Below are positions 8,451 through 17,230 of a stretch of DNA of 32,000 bases, in pieces (position 1 is the stretch's first letter; the number at the start of each line of letters is the position of its first letter). Location of the stretch: NCBI RefSeq assembly GCF_002075285.3, contig NZ_CP021983.2:3210001-3242000 (forward strand), read 5' to 3'. Source of the DNA: Halomicronema hongdechloris C2206 (GTDB lineage: Bacteria > Cyanobacteriota > Cyanobacteriia > Phormidesmidales > Phormidesmidaceae). Under the pieces are notes generated by a model. The model was not told the DNA's origin. It saw only the letters and a program-made list of their open reading frames with translations, and did no database searches. The position numbers were made by a program, and so were the translations under genes.

Positions 8451-8912
8451 ATGGCAAAACGGGTACAGGTTGTTCTCAATCAAGACGTACGCAAGCTGGG
8501 TCAGTCCGGCGATTTAGTTGATGTTGCTCCAGGGTATGCCCGCAATTACCTTATTCCTAGGGGCATTGCTGTACGCACCACTCCAGGCGTACTGCGACAG
8601 GTAGAACGTCGCCGTGAAGAAGAGCGGCAACGTCTGCTACAGATTAAACGGGATGCCGAAGCCACCAAGACAGCTTTAGAAACCATTGGCCTGTTTACCG
8701 TCCAAAAGCCCGTCGGGGAAAAGGACGCCATCTTTGGTACTGTCACTGCCGCTGACGTAGCTGACGTGATTCAATCCTTAGCCAGCAAAGAAGTTGACCG
8801 GCGTAACATTACGCTGCCTGATGACATCAACAGGCTCGGTGAATATCAGGTAGACATCAAGCTCCATAGTGAAGTCACCGCCACGATCAATCTGCGGGTC
8901 GTTGCCCAATAA
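8451..8912 (+). CDS. rplI: 50S ribosomal protein L9
   Basis: The N-terminus [36 protein letters not shown] is the canonical L9 signature. 153 aa. Confidence 0.95.
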   Translation: MAKRVQVVLNQDVRKLGQSGDLVDVAPGYARNYLIPRGIAVRTTPGVLRQVERRREEERQRLLQIKRDAEATKTALETIGLFTVQKPVGEKDAIFGTVTAADVADVIQSLASKEVDRRNITLPDDINRLGEYQVDIKLHSEVTATINLRVVAQ

Positions 8913-9044
8913 TTCTCTGGGGTGCCTACCGAAGTGAGGACTCCAGTCATAGGGTGCTGCCAATCAGCTGCCAATCAGGAAACACTAGTCTACATTCAGG
9001 TTGGTACTAGCCTGATCGAATTAGACTATATAGTGCTTTCTAAG

Positions 9045-9074
9045 CGAGCCAATGGTAACGACTCCATTGGCTTG
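9045..9074 (+). terminator. Hairpin downstream of rplI (possible terminator, poor U-tract)
   Basis: CGAGCCAATGG (9045-9055) pairs with CCATTGGCTTG (9064-9074): 11 bp with one G-T wobble and an 8-nt loop. It is followed by TCCTTT. Confidence 0.3.
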
Positions 9075-9341
9075 TCCTTTAATGTATGTGATGGCAAGCC
9101 AGTCACTTTTCCAAACTTAGTACTGGAACAATCAGCAATATCCTACGCTGACTAGTCAAAGCAATCTCTGCATCTACATCGATCTTTGTTGTCAAAGCGA
9201 GCCATCATGAGGGAACCTGCTGACTAGTTTTTTTGAGGTAGACATGGATCCACCAGTCTATTTCGCCGATTCCATTTCCGTCAGGATGCAAATCTATGCC
9301 CCGGTTCGCTAGTCGCACCCAAGCACTCAATCACAGTCATA

Positions 9342-10688
9342 ATGGTGCAATCCCTTAACTTTGAGCCCATCAATGATCGCCTACCGCCCCAAAACATTGA
9401 AGCTGAAGAGGCTATCCTAGGCGGCATTCTGCTTGATCCAGAAGCCTTGGGGCGAGTCATGGAAATCTTGCATCCTGACGCGTTCTATATCAGCGCCCAC
9501 CGAGAAATTTATCGGGCCGCACTAGATCTCAATAGCAAGGGGCTACCCACCGACTTACTTAGCATCACCGCCTGGCTGCAAGATCGAGAGCAATTGGAAA
9601 AAATTGGTGGCCAGAGTCGCTTAGCTCAGCTGGTTGACCGCACCATTAGTGCTGCCAATATCGACCAGTATGCCACTCTGGTCATGGACAAATATACTCG
9701 GCGACGGCTTCTCCATGTTGGCGGAGACATCATTCAATTAGGATATGAGGCCAATACACCACTGGAAACTGTTCTTGACCAAGCTGAGCAAAAACTATTT
9801 GGTATTACCCAAGATCGCCCTCAACAAAGTCTTACCTCAACCGCCGATATCCTGATTGATACCTTTGCCGAGATCGAGCAACGCTCCCTAGGATTGGTCA
9901 TGCCTGGAGTTGCCTGCGGCTTTTATGACCTAGACGCGATGACCCAAGGATTTCAGCGTTCCGATTTAGTTATTGCTGCCGGTAGACCGTCGATGGGCAA
10001 AACTAGCTTTGTCCTCAATATTGCTCGCAATATCGCCGCAATGCAAAGGTTACCAGTCGCCATCTTCAGCCTGGAGATGTCCAAACTGCAATTAGTCTAC
10101 CGGCTGCTATCCAGTGAAGTAGAAATTGAAAGTAATCGTCTACGCACAGGGCGCATTGCCCAACAGGAATGGGAACGCTTGAGTCATAGCATTGGTATGT
10201 TGTCAGAAGTGCCTGTCTTCATTGATGACACCCCCAACATCTCAGTAGTAGAAATGCGCTCCAAGGCTCGACGTCTTCAGGCCGAGCAGGGCGGAGCCTT
10301 AGGCCTAGTCCTCATTGACTATCTACAACTCATGGAGGGGGGCGGTGATAACCGGGTACAAGAGTTGTCTAAAATCACTCGTTCTCTCAAGGGTCTAGCC
10401 CGAGAACTAAACGTACCTATTATTGCCCTATCGCAGTTGAGCCGCGGCGTCGAGTCTCGCACCAATAAACGGCCTATGATGTCAGACCTGCGAGAAAGTG
10501 GCAGCATCGAACAAGATGCTGACCTGGTCATGATGCTTTATCGTGAAGAATACTACGACCCCGATACGCCTGATCGAGGGATTGCAGAAGTGATCGTCAC
10601 TAAACATCGTAATGGTCCCACCGGGACCGTCAAACTATTATTCGAACCTCAATTTACCCGTTTCCGCAATCTAGCTCGACCCGGTTAA
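9342..10688 (+). CDS. dnaB: Replicative DNA helicase DnaB (no intein)
   Basis: N-terminal PPQNIEAEEAILGGILLD, Walker A GRPSMGKTS, IDYLQLM and SQLSR motifs. The 448-aa length is consistent with an intein-free DnaB. Classic rplI-dnaB linkage. Confidence 0.95.
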   Translation: MVQSLNFEPINDRLPPQNIEAEEAILGGILLDPEALGRVMEILHPDAFYISAHREIYRAALDLNSKGLPTDLLSITAWLQDREQLEKIGGQSRLAQLVDRTISAANIDQYATLVMDKYTRRRLLHVGGDIIQLGYEANTPLETVLDQAEQKLFGITQDRPQQSLTSTADILIDTFAEIEQRSLGLVMPGVACGFYDLDAMTQGFQRSDLVIAAGRPSMGKTSFVLNIARNIAAMQRLPVAIFSLEMSKLQLVYRLLSSEVEIESNRLRTGRIAQQEWERLSHSIGMLSEVPVFIDDTPNISVVEMRSKARRLQAEQGGALGLVLIDYLQLMEGGGDNRVQELSKITRSLKGLARELNVPIIALSQLSRGVESRTNKRPMMSDLRESGSIEQDADLVMMLYREEYYDPDTPDRGIAEVIVTKHRNGPTGTVKLLFEPQFTRFRNLARPG

Positions 10689-10695
10689 GAAATAT

Positions 10696-12162
10696 TCATT
10701 CCATAGGTTGATGAACAGGTCTCCTATCAGAGAAGTTCTGACGGGGAATTAGAATAATGTCCTTCAGCAATTGCTTAGGCTTCCCCAAGTTCAGCCTGAC
10801 TTTAGGGTTGAGGTTTCTGATGGCACCTGGATCAAGGCGTCTTAGGGTAACTTCTTGCCACCTTAAACCAATCATGACAGCAACACTCAACATGTAACCG
10901 GGCTCTTCCATCTGAGTAAAGACGAGACCCACTGCAAAGACACTGAACACCAAGAGCTTAGAGTAATCATCTAAGCATAGATGGCGAAACGTAATCACCC
11001 CTAGAGAAATGTAGGCAGCCAGCCCAAGTACGCCTAAGTCACCCCAAATACCAGCCCAACCAAAAAAGGGGGAAAACATACTAGATTGGTCACCTAGCCA
11101 ACTCTGGCCTACGGCGGACCAAACAGCAGGTGGAACAGGATGCCGGGTTGCCCCCAGAGGACCTAGTAAATCCCAGTATCCACTAATCATCCATCCCCCA
11201 AGGCGACCTACAGTATGGCCAGGGCCTAACCCAAATAACCAGTTGAGAGGCGACTCATAGTGTTCGAGAATTATCCGCAGCGCTGCTGACTTAAGTAGCG
11301 TAGCCTCTCCATCGGGTCCATAAATTTCTGGACGAGCCCATGTTTGAAATGCTCCAAAGGCAGGAACATTTTGAACGCACCATAAAAAGACAAATCCAAA
11401 TAAAATGGCCCCAGAAAAATATTTTATAGCCTCACCAACACTCTTTAGCTTTGTTATTAAAAGCAGAATAAAAGCTACTAAAAAATATAATAATACTTGC
11501 TTGGCATCAGCCATTAACATGTGGCCCAGTGTCCCCATAATAACCACTGCTCTGAGCCACAGAGGCAATGACTTGGCAGTATAGGCATAGTATATGCCAA
11601 AGGCTAGAGACACTGAAGCACTGACAACATGACCCCCACCAGAATGGTAGAAAATACCTTGAATGTAATCTGGATTACCAGGTTTTGGATGCAATCTTAG
11701 GATAGCAAATAAGACATACTGAACATAGGCAAATACAAGATTAGTAATACAAAAAATACTCAGCCATGTTCTTAGCTTACGGATTCTTGCTAAATTAATT
11801 GGGAGACTAATAAACGCAATCAACAATATGAAAGGTTCCCCCAAAAGCAAAAAATCTAAAACAACATTGATAAACCCTGCATCATTTTGGATAGCACTTG
11901 CTAGCATAATTGACAGCAAAGCACCTAGTCCAAAACTAAAAGCTGTAATAATATTCCGCTGATAACTTCGAAGGCCGCGAGCCGTGACAATAACTTGGCC
12001 ACAGAATAATGGGATCGTCAAAAAATGAAGAAAGTTAATCGCTGATGGAGCACCTGCACTGTCAACAATCCGAGAAAAAAAGGCAGTTGAAAATGCCAGC
12101 AAAACCAGTGTTGATCCTGCTATATATGTCTTTTTCCTCTGATAACTTAGGCTTTGGCCCAT
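10696..12162 (-). CDS. Polytopic membrane protein, O-antigen polymerase/ligase-like (Wzy/WaaL superfamily)
   Basis: 488 aa with roughly 10-12 hydrophobic segments and one larger loop. It sits at the 3' end of a glycan gene cluster in very AT-rich DNA. The family assignment rests on architecture and context, not on a diagnostic motif. Confidence 0.65.
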   Translation of the reverse strand: MGQSLSYQRKKTYIAGSTLVLLAFSTAFFSRIVDSAGAPSAINFLHFLTIPLFCGQVIVTARGLRSYQRNIITAFSFGLGALLSIMLASAIQNDAGFINVVLDFLLLGEPFILLIAFISLPINLARIRKLRTWLSIFCITNLVFAYVQYVLFAILRLHPKPGNPDYIQGIFYHSGGGHVVSASVSLAFGIYYAYTAKSLPLWLRAVVIMGTLGHMLMADAKQVLLYFLVAFILLLITKLKSVGEAIKYFSGAILFGFVFLWCVQNVPAFGAFQTWARPEIYGPDGEATLLKSAALRIILEHYESPLNWLFGLGPGHTVGRLGGWMISGYWDLLGPLGATRHPVPPAVWSAVGQSWLGDQSSMFSPFFGWAGIWGDLGVLGLAAYISLGVITFRHLCLDDYSKLLVFSVFAVGLVFTQMEEPGYMLSVAVMIGLRWQEVTLRRLDPGAIRNLNPKVRLNLGKPKQLLKDIILIPRQNFSDRRPVHQPME

Positions 12163-12217
12163 TTTGAGTCAGGTTTCTAATCAAAATCTAAATAGAGAAA
12201 CTATTAAGGTTTTATTC

Positions 12218-13438
12218 CTAAGACTGCCATTGATTGACAATTTCAATAATTTTATCAATATTCACCGAAAAGTTTTCTCGGTTATTGGCTCTATCTGCAC
12301 ATAAAAACTGGAAATTATGCCCCAGTGCCTTGGCTATATAATAATAATATGTTTGCATCTTAGCCATGACCTGTAGCTCTAAGACATTCACATTATCCGA
12401 GAAAAGAATATGAGTTAAACCGCCACCGTAAGCCCCTATCACCATTTCTGCATCATAGAAAAGTTCGATTTTATCAACTAAGGAATGGTCTTCTAGGCAA
12501 TAGTTCTTAAATCCAAACTTCTCCAATTCCAGAAATAGCTCTTCTTCATTTATTATATGACGTTTTTTTTGCCTCTGAGCTGACTTTTTCCTGGAGATAT
12601 AGATTCTATTTTCTCGTCTGGAAGGACGTTTCGGTAGAAAGGTATCGCGCAGCTTCTGAATGTAGAAGCTTGGTAGATATCCAGAGCCAAATTGAGTTAG
12701 GAATGTTGGTAAAATTAATTTCTCCAAATGGTAAAGCCGTCCAGGCTCCAACCTTACCCGAGTCGTGTTTGAGGGAATGAGCTGGGGTACCATCAATTTC
12801 TCTACTTCGGCTAGTGGCTCAGCATACAATAACTTAATCTCATCAAGTTGTGTATAGTCGGGGTGATTCAGTAAAGAACAGCGCGGGACCAAATCAATAA
12901 TTTTATGATAATACCCGTTGGGTAGACCTTGATAAATACTAGAATATCCTCGGATAGTCTTTATAGGAGATTCAGTGAACTTGCGAATTAGAAAATCCTT
13001 GTGAAGAAATGCTCCAGCAGTTGTGATTAAATCCATCCTTGGATAGATAGACTCTGATAAAATTTTACGAGATTGAGTCAATACAATTCCATTTCCTGGT
13101 TCATATAAGACATCTTCAACAACTGTAGAATAGATATCATGGGTTGTATATGTGTCTTTTTCCAAATATTTAAAGGGAGCATCGAACGGTGGCATTCCCC
13201 TTACTTCTGGTGTTGCTACTGTCTCTTGCTCTAAAAAGTTTTTCTTATGAGTCTTGCCATATTCTTTCTCAACATTAGTAGTACTTAAAAACAAATCTAT
13301 CGCTGGCCTTAGGAAAATTTGACTATACCAAGGACGGATTAAAGGCTTTAACTTATTAGAAAAATTGCCTAAAACTTTATATGCTGACATTTTTACTGAC
13401 TTTGTATCGAACAAATTAAATTTGGAACTAGCTAGCAT
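12218..13438 (-). CDS. Glycosyltransferase family 61-like (DUF563) protein
   Basis: The C-terminal motif MVIGAYGGGLTHILFS matches the GxHGAGLTN-type signature of DUF563/GT61. The start is ambiguous: TTG 13492, ATG 13438 or ATG 13390. I list 13438, which overlaps the upstream gene by 11 nt. Confidence 0.65.
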   Translation of the reverse strand: MLASSKFNLFDTKSVKMSAYKVLGNFSNKLKPLIRPWYSQIFLRPAIDLFLSTTNVEKEYGKTHKKNFLEQETVATPEVRGMPPFDAPFKYLEKDTYTTHDIYSTVVEDVLYEPGNGIVLTQSRKILSESIYPRMDLITTAGAFLHKDFLIRKFTESPIKTIRGYSSIYQGLPNGYYHKIIDLVPRCSLLNHPDYTQLDEIKLLYAEPLAEVEKLMVPQLIPSNTTRVRLEPGRLYHLEKLILPTFLTQFGSGYLPSFYIQKLRDTFLPKRPSRRENRIYISRKKSAQRQKKRHIINEEELFLELEKFGFKNYCLEDHSLVDKIELFYDAEMVIGAYGGGLTHILFSDNVNVLELQVMAKMQTYYYYIAKALGHNFQFLCADRANNRENFSVNIDKIIEIVNQWQS

Positions 13439-14366
13439 ATTGATAACGTCGTTTGTTGAGTCCAATACAGAGCTGAGCAATAGAATTTTCAATCCTGTCC
13501 TTGGGAGTGTAGATATCAGCTAAGTAGCGACTTGTGTAGGAGAACTGGTGTGTTAACAGATTTCCCGCTGGTATTATGAGCTCAATGTCTTGATGGAGAT
13601 GTTTTTTCATCATGCGTTGAACGCATTGAGCAAGTTCGCGAATACTTAAGGTATCAGGCCCTGCTACATGAAGTAGGGGAAAGTGATCAATGCGATCAAC
13701 AGCAGCTTCAATCACGCGACAAAGATCCAGGATCGAGACGAAGTTACGCTGTTGATATCCTGGAGTTCTCAATATGATTTTTTTTTGCTCAACTGCATCT
13801 CGACAAAATGCAAGTGGTGTTAAGGTCCATCGCCGACAACGATCAAGCTCAGCCGGAGTGCCGAAAAAATTACTAGGTCGAATCACCATACCCTTAAGCT
13901 TACCTTGACGGTTATAGAGTTCTACATATTCTTCAGACAGGCGATTCGTCAAACCATAGTCATTTGCTGGAACAGGTGGTGTTATTTCATCAATAGCACC
14001 TGCGGGATTTCCAAAGACATGGAAGGTTGAGATATAAACAAACTTTGGAATCTGATTTTTCAGACAGAACTCTAATGCAGCTCTTGTGCCGGCAACATTT
14101 TGATAGATACTTTGATAAGGAGCTTGTTTACAAGTAACTTCATGAGCTGCTGCTGCATGAATGAAAAGACTAGCGGGAACCTCTAAAGCAGTTTTGGCAA
14201 TTATGTCTGGAGTATCTAAGTCAAACTGTATATCGCCATCACTGTCACGACAGGCTTTTATGACATCCCAGCCTTGATTTCTAAAGTATTTCTGGGCAAT
14301 TTTTCCAAAATATCCATTGGCTCCAGAAATTATAACTGTCTTTAATTGAGATTTATTCATGATCAT
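13428..14366 (-). CDS. Extended-SDR NAD(P)-dependent sugar epimerase/reductase (putative CDP-4-keto-6-deoxyhexose reductase)
   Basis: Rossmann motif ISGANGYFG and the conserved IST segment. The active-site segment reads DYGLTNR (YxxxN rather than YxxxK). The ATG overlaps the upstream stop (ATGA at 14363-14366). Confidence 0.75.
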   Translation of the reverse strand: MIMNKSQLKTVIISGANGYFGKIAQKYFRNQGWDVIKACRDSDGDIQFDLDTPDIIAKTALEVPASLFIHAAAAHEVTCKQAPYQSIYQNVAGTRAALEFCLKNQIPKFVYISTFHVFGNPAGAIDEITPPVPANDYGLTNRLSEEYVELYNRQGKLKGMVIRPSNFFGTPAELDRCRRWTLTPLAFCRDAVEQKKIILRTPGYQQRNFVSILDLCRVIEAAVDRIDHFPLLHVAGPDTLSIRELAQCVQRMMKKHLHQDIELIIPAGNLLTHQFSYTSRYLADIYTPKDRIENSIAQLCIGLNKRRYQYAS

Positions 14367-14923
14367 ACAAAGCTGGGAGCATTATAGACAAATGGGCTCT
14401 TAAACTCAGATAAAGATTTCCAATTACTATCTTTTCCTGAAATGTTAGGATTATCTGTAGGCCAAGGAATATTTGCAGAGTCCCAAAGAATACCTTGCTC
14501 ATACTGAGGAGCATAAACAGTTGAAACTTGATAAATAACTACTGCCTGCTCGCTCAATATATAAAATCCATGGGCCAATCCAGCCGGAATATATACTGAA
14601 TTACCTTTGTCTTCGGTTAAATGAAACGTCTCATATTGGCCATATGTAGGTGCTCCAACTCTTAAATCAACTACAGCATCTAGAATCTCTCCTTGTAGGC
14701 AATGGACTAACTTAACATGATCTTTTGGAGGAACTTGGAAATGTAATCCTCTCAACACATTTTTGGAAGAGATCGAGTAATAAGTTTCAGAAAATTGGGT
14801 TTCTAGATTTTGGTCTTCAAATATTCCTTGATGAAAAGTTTTCACAAACTTTCCTCGATGATCTTGAAATACTCTTAATTGTATTTCGTAGCATCCCGGA
14901 ATTTTACTTTCCCAGCAGTTCAC
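14363..14923 (-). CDS. RmlC-fold (cupin) NDP-4-keto-6-deoxyhexose 3,5-/5-epimerase
   Basis: Motifs DHRGKF, LRGLHFQ, KLVHCLQGEILDAVVDLR and YIPAGLAHGF are typical of the dTDP-4-dehydrorhamnose 3,5-epimerase family. GTG start at 14923. Confidence 0.85.
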   Translation of the reverse strand: MNCWESKIPGCYEIQLRVFQDHRGKFVKTFHQGIFEDQNLETQFSETYYSISSKNVLRGLHFQVPPKDHVKLVHCLQGEILDAVVDLRVGAPTYGQYETFHLTEDKGNSVYIPAGLAHGFYILSEQAVVIYQVSTVYAPQYEQGILWDSANIPWPTDNPNISGKDSNWKSLSEFKSPFVYNAPSFV

Positions 14924-14985
14924 AGTTTATTACTCCAGATTATGACTACTATAATCAAAGTTAAATATCTGAAATGTGTATAATA

Positions 14986-16128
14986 TCATGCTTTCACTGA
15001 TAAGAGTTCTCGCTGCGCTGCTGCGATCTCATACTGCTGAATTTGCTTTAAAGTTAGTTGCCGGAATTCTTCATAGCTAGTCAAATTAAATTGAGCAGAT
15101 TCACGATACCATTTAACAGTTTCTTGGACAGTTGTTGAAAAATTCCAAGCAGGTGTCCAATTTAACTGGTGAAAAGCTTTATCGGTCACTAAATTTAAGA
15201 GCTTTGCTTCATGAACTACATCCCGTCCAGATGCATCTATCCATTGACCTGGCCAATGCATTAAAATACTCTCTACTAAATTTTTAACTGACTGATTGGA
15301 AGAGAGATGAGGACCAAAGTTAAAGGCACCCATTAAATTATGTAGCTGGTTGTTGGCCGGTTGTACTGCCAGTTGCTTATATAGACGCTCCGCCAGTATT
15401 AGATATCCTCCTAAGGGTTCTAAAACATGTTGCCAAGGACGAGTAGCAAACGGATTACGGACCAGGATAGGTTGATTGCGGCCTAGAGCCCGCATCGCAT
15501 CGGGCACGATGCGGTCTTCAGCCCAATCTCCACCGCCAATCACATTACCGGCTCTAGCACTAGCGATAGCTACAAAGCTGGAGGAAGTTTTGTAGAATGA
15601 CTTTCGCCAAGATGCGATCGCAAGTTCGGCAGCAGCTTTACTAGAACTATAAGGATCATGCCCTCCTAAAGGATCATTTTCTCTATAACCATAATTCCAT
15701 TCTCTATTCTCATAACACTTATCTGTGGTAATAAAGACTGCAGCACAGGGATGAGTACATTGCTTTAGTGCTTCCAGCACATGGATAGTACCCATCACAT
15801 TTGTATTCCACGTCTCCACAGGCTGCAGGTAAGAGCGTCTCACTAATGGTTGAGCCGCTAAATGCAACACAACATCTGGCTTGGTACGTTCCACGATTGC
15901 CTTAACCAAAGTCGCATCTCGAATATCACCGATATGATGATCGAGATCCGCTGCCAAGTTGAGTTGCGAGAATAATGAGGGCTGAGTATCAGGTTCTAGG
16001 CTTAGTCCGGTCACCTTGGCTCCTAGGTGCAATAACCACAGAGACAGCCATGCCCCCTTAAACCCCGTATGCCCAGTCAGCAGTACCCGCTTACCTTGCC
16101 AAAATAAATGATCTACCATATTTTCCAT
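14986..16128 (-). CDS. rfbG: CDP-glucose 4,6-dehydratase
   Basis: N-terminal FWQGKRVLLTGHTGFKGAWLSLWL and the catalytic YSSSKAAAE (YxxxK). 380 aa. It lies directly after, and overlaps, the cytidylyltransferase gene. Confidence 0.9.
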   Translation of the reverse strand: MENMVDHLFWQGKRVLLTGHTGFKGAWLSLWLLHLGAKVTGLSLEPDTQPSLFSQLNLAADLDHHIGDIRDATLVKAIVERTKPDVVLHLAAQPLVRRSYLQPVETWNTNVMGTIHVLEALKQCTHPCAAVFITTDKCYENREWNYGYRENDPLGGHDPYSSSKAAAELAIASWRKSFYKTSSSFVAIASARAGNVIGGGDWAEDRIVPDAMRALGRNQPILVRNPFATRPWQHVLEPLGGYLILAERLYKQLAVQPANNQLHNLMGAFNFGPHLSSNQSVKNLVESILMHWPGQWIDASGRDVVHEAKLLNLVTDKAFHQLNWTPAWNFSTTVQETVKWYRESAQFNLTSYEEFRQLTLKQIQQYEIAAAQRELLSVKA

Positions 16129-16919
16129 GAGGCCTGATTAGCGGCATACAATTTATTCAGCAGCTCCAGTTCACGGTAGGTATCCATGCATTGCCAGAAC
16201 CCATCATGCTTATAAACGGCTAACTCACCCAAAGCCGCCAAAGTTTTCATAGGTTCAGCCTCAAAAACTGTGGCGTCGCCTTGGATTAAATCTAGAACCT
16301 TACGATGTAAAACAAAGTAACCTCCGTTAATCCAACCGGCACTAGTTTGAGGCTTTTCTTGGAAATAGGTAACTAAATTATCTTCAATGGCCAGTTCCCC
16401 AAATCGTGAGGTAGGTCGCACAGCTGTCATTGTTGCTAACTTGCCATGGCTGTAATGGAAATCTAGTAGCTTAGTGATATCGACATTACAAACACCATCT
16501 CCATAGGTGCCAAGTAAAATATCGCTATCCATTTTTTCAAGATATGGAGTCAATCTTTTGAGTCTTCCTCCAGTCATCGTCTCCTGGCCAGTGTCGATCA
16601 ACCAGACTTTCCAGTTCTCTTCATGCCCATTATTTAACTTAGTAACTTTTTTGTCGCCTAACTCTAAGAGAACATCATTATGGTTCCAGTCATAGTTAAA
16701 GAAATACTCTCGTATCATCTCGCCCTTATAGCCTAAGCAGAGCATGAAATTCTGAAACCCATAATGAGCATAGGTTTTCATAATATGCCAAATCATAGGA
16801 CGGTCGCCGACCATAACCATAGGCTTTGGTCGAAACTCAGTTTCTTCTTTCAGGCGGGTACCTTTACCGCCACACAGAATCGCGACAGGAATATTGGCAA
16901 TATCAGCCTCTTTATACAT
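16113..16919 (-). CDS. rfbF: Glucose-1-phosphate cytidylyltransferase
   Basis: Motifs VAILCGGKGTRLKEETEFRPKPMV, MIWHIMKTYAHYGF and LCLGYKG. The 268-aa length matches RfbF/DdhA. Confidence 0.9.
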   Translation of the reverse strand: MYKEADIANIPVAILCGGKGTRLKEETEFRPKPMVMVGDRPMIWHIMKTYAHYGFQNFMLCLGYKGEMIREYFFNYDWNHNDVLLELGDKKVTKLNNGHEENWKVWLIDTGQETMTGGRLKRLTPYLEKMDSDILLGTYGDGVCNVDITKLLDFHYSHGKLATMTAVRPTSRFGELAIEDNLVTYFQEKPQTSAGWINGGYFVLHRKVLDLIQGDATVFEAEPMKTLAALGELAVYKHDGFWQCMDTYRELELLNKLYAANQASWKIW

Positions 16920-17021
16920 AGTTAGCGAACCTAAAAACAGCTTTCTATTTATTTAACACTAAGAAATATAGACAAGACTCTAGCAACCAGTGAATCACAA
17001 TTTGCGGATAATAAAGTCAGC

Positions 17022-17061
17022 CTTAAACGTTAATTATATGAATTTATAATTAACGTTTAAG
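17022..17061. repeat. Perfect 17-bp inverted repeat with a 6-nt loop (candidate terminator of the GT4 gene or an operator upstream of rfbF)
   Basis: CTTAAACGTTAATTATA (17022-17038) is the exact reverse complement of TATAATTAACGTTTAAG (17045-17061). It lies in the 311-nt gap between GT4 and rfbF. Confidence 0.85.
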
Positions 17062-17230
17062 ATATTCAAATGACTAAGCATCGGAGATTCTACCAGCTGC
17101 TCAATAGTAATTATTGAAGATGGAACTTAATAGATCCCAGGTTTACAGGCAGTATTTCTGAAGATTCACACATCTGCGAAGTGTTTGTAAACTGACTAAA
17201 GGGCCGTGCTACTAATCTTATAGTCACTTG

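Noticed and set aside
8922-9155. 77-aa GTG-start ORF, plus tiny minus-strand ORFs (for example 9152-9208, MMARFDNKDRCRCRDCFD), in the rplI-dnaB spacer
   Set aside because: They have no SD, no recognisable family and no coding-like composition. The 77-aa ORF runs through the hairpin at 9045-9074.
9342-10688. Check for an intein in dnaB, which is common in cyanobacteria
   Set aside because: The ORF is 448 aa with contiguous helicase motifs and no inserted Cys/Ser...HN block. It is intein-free.
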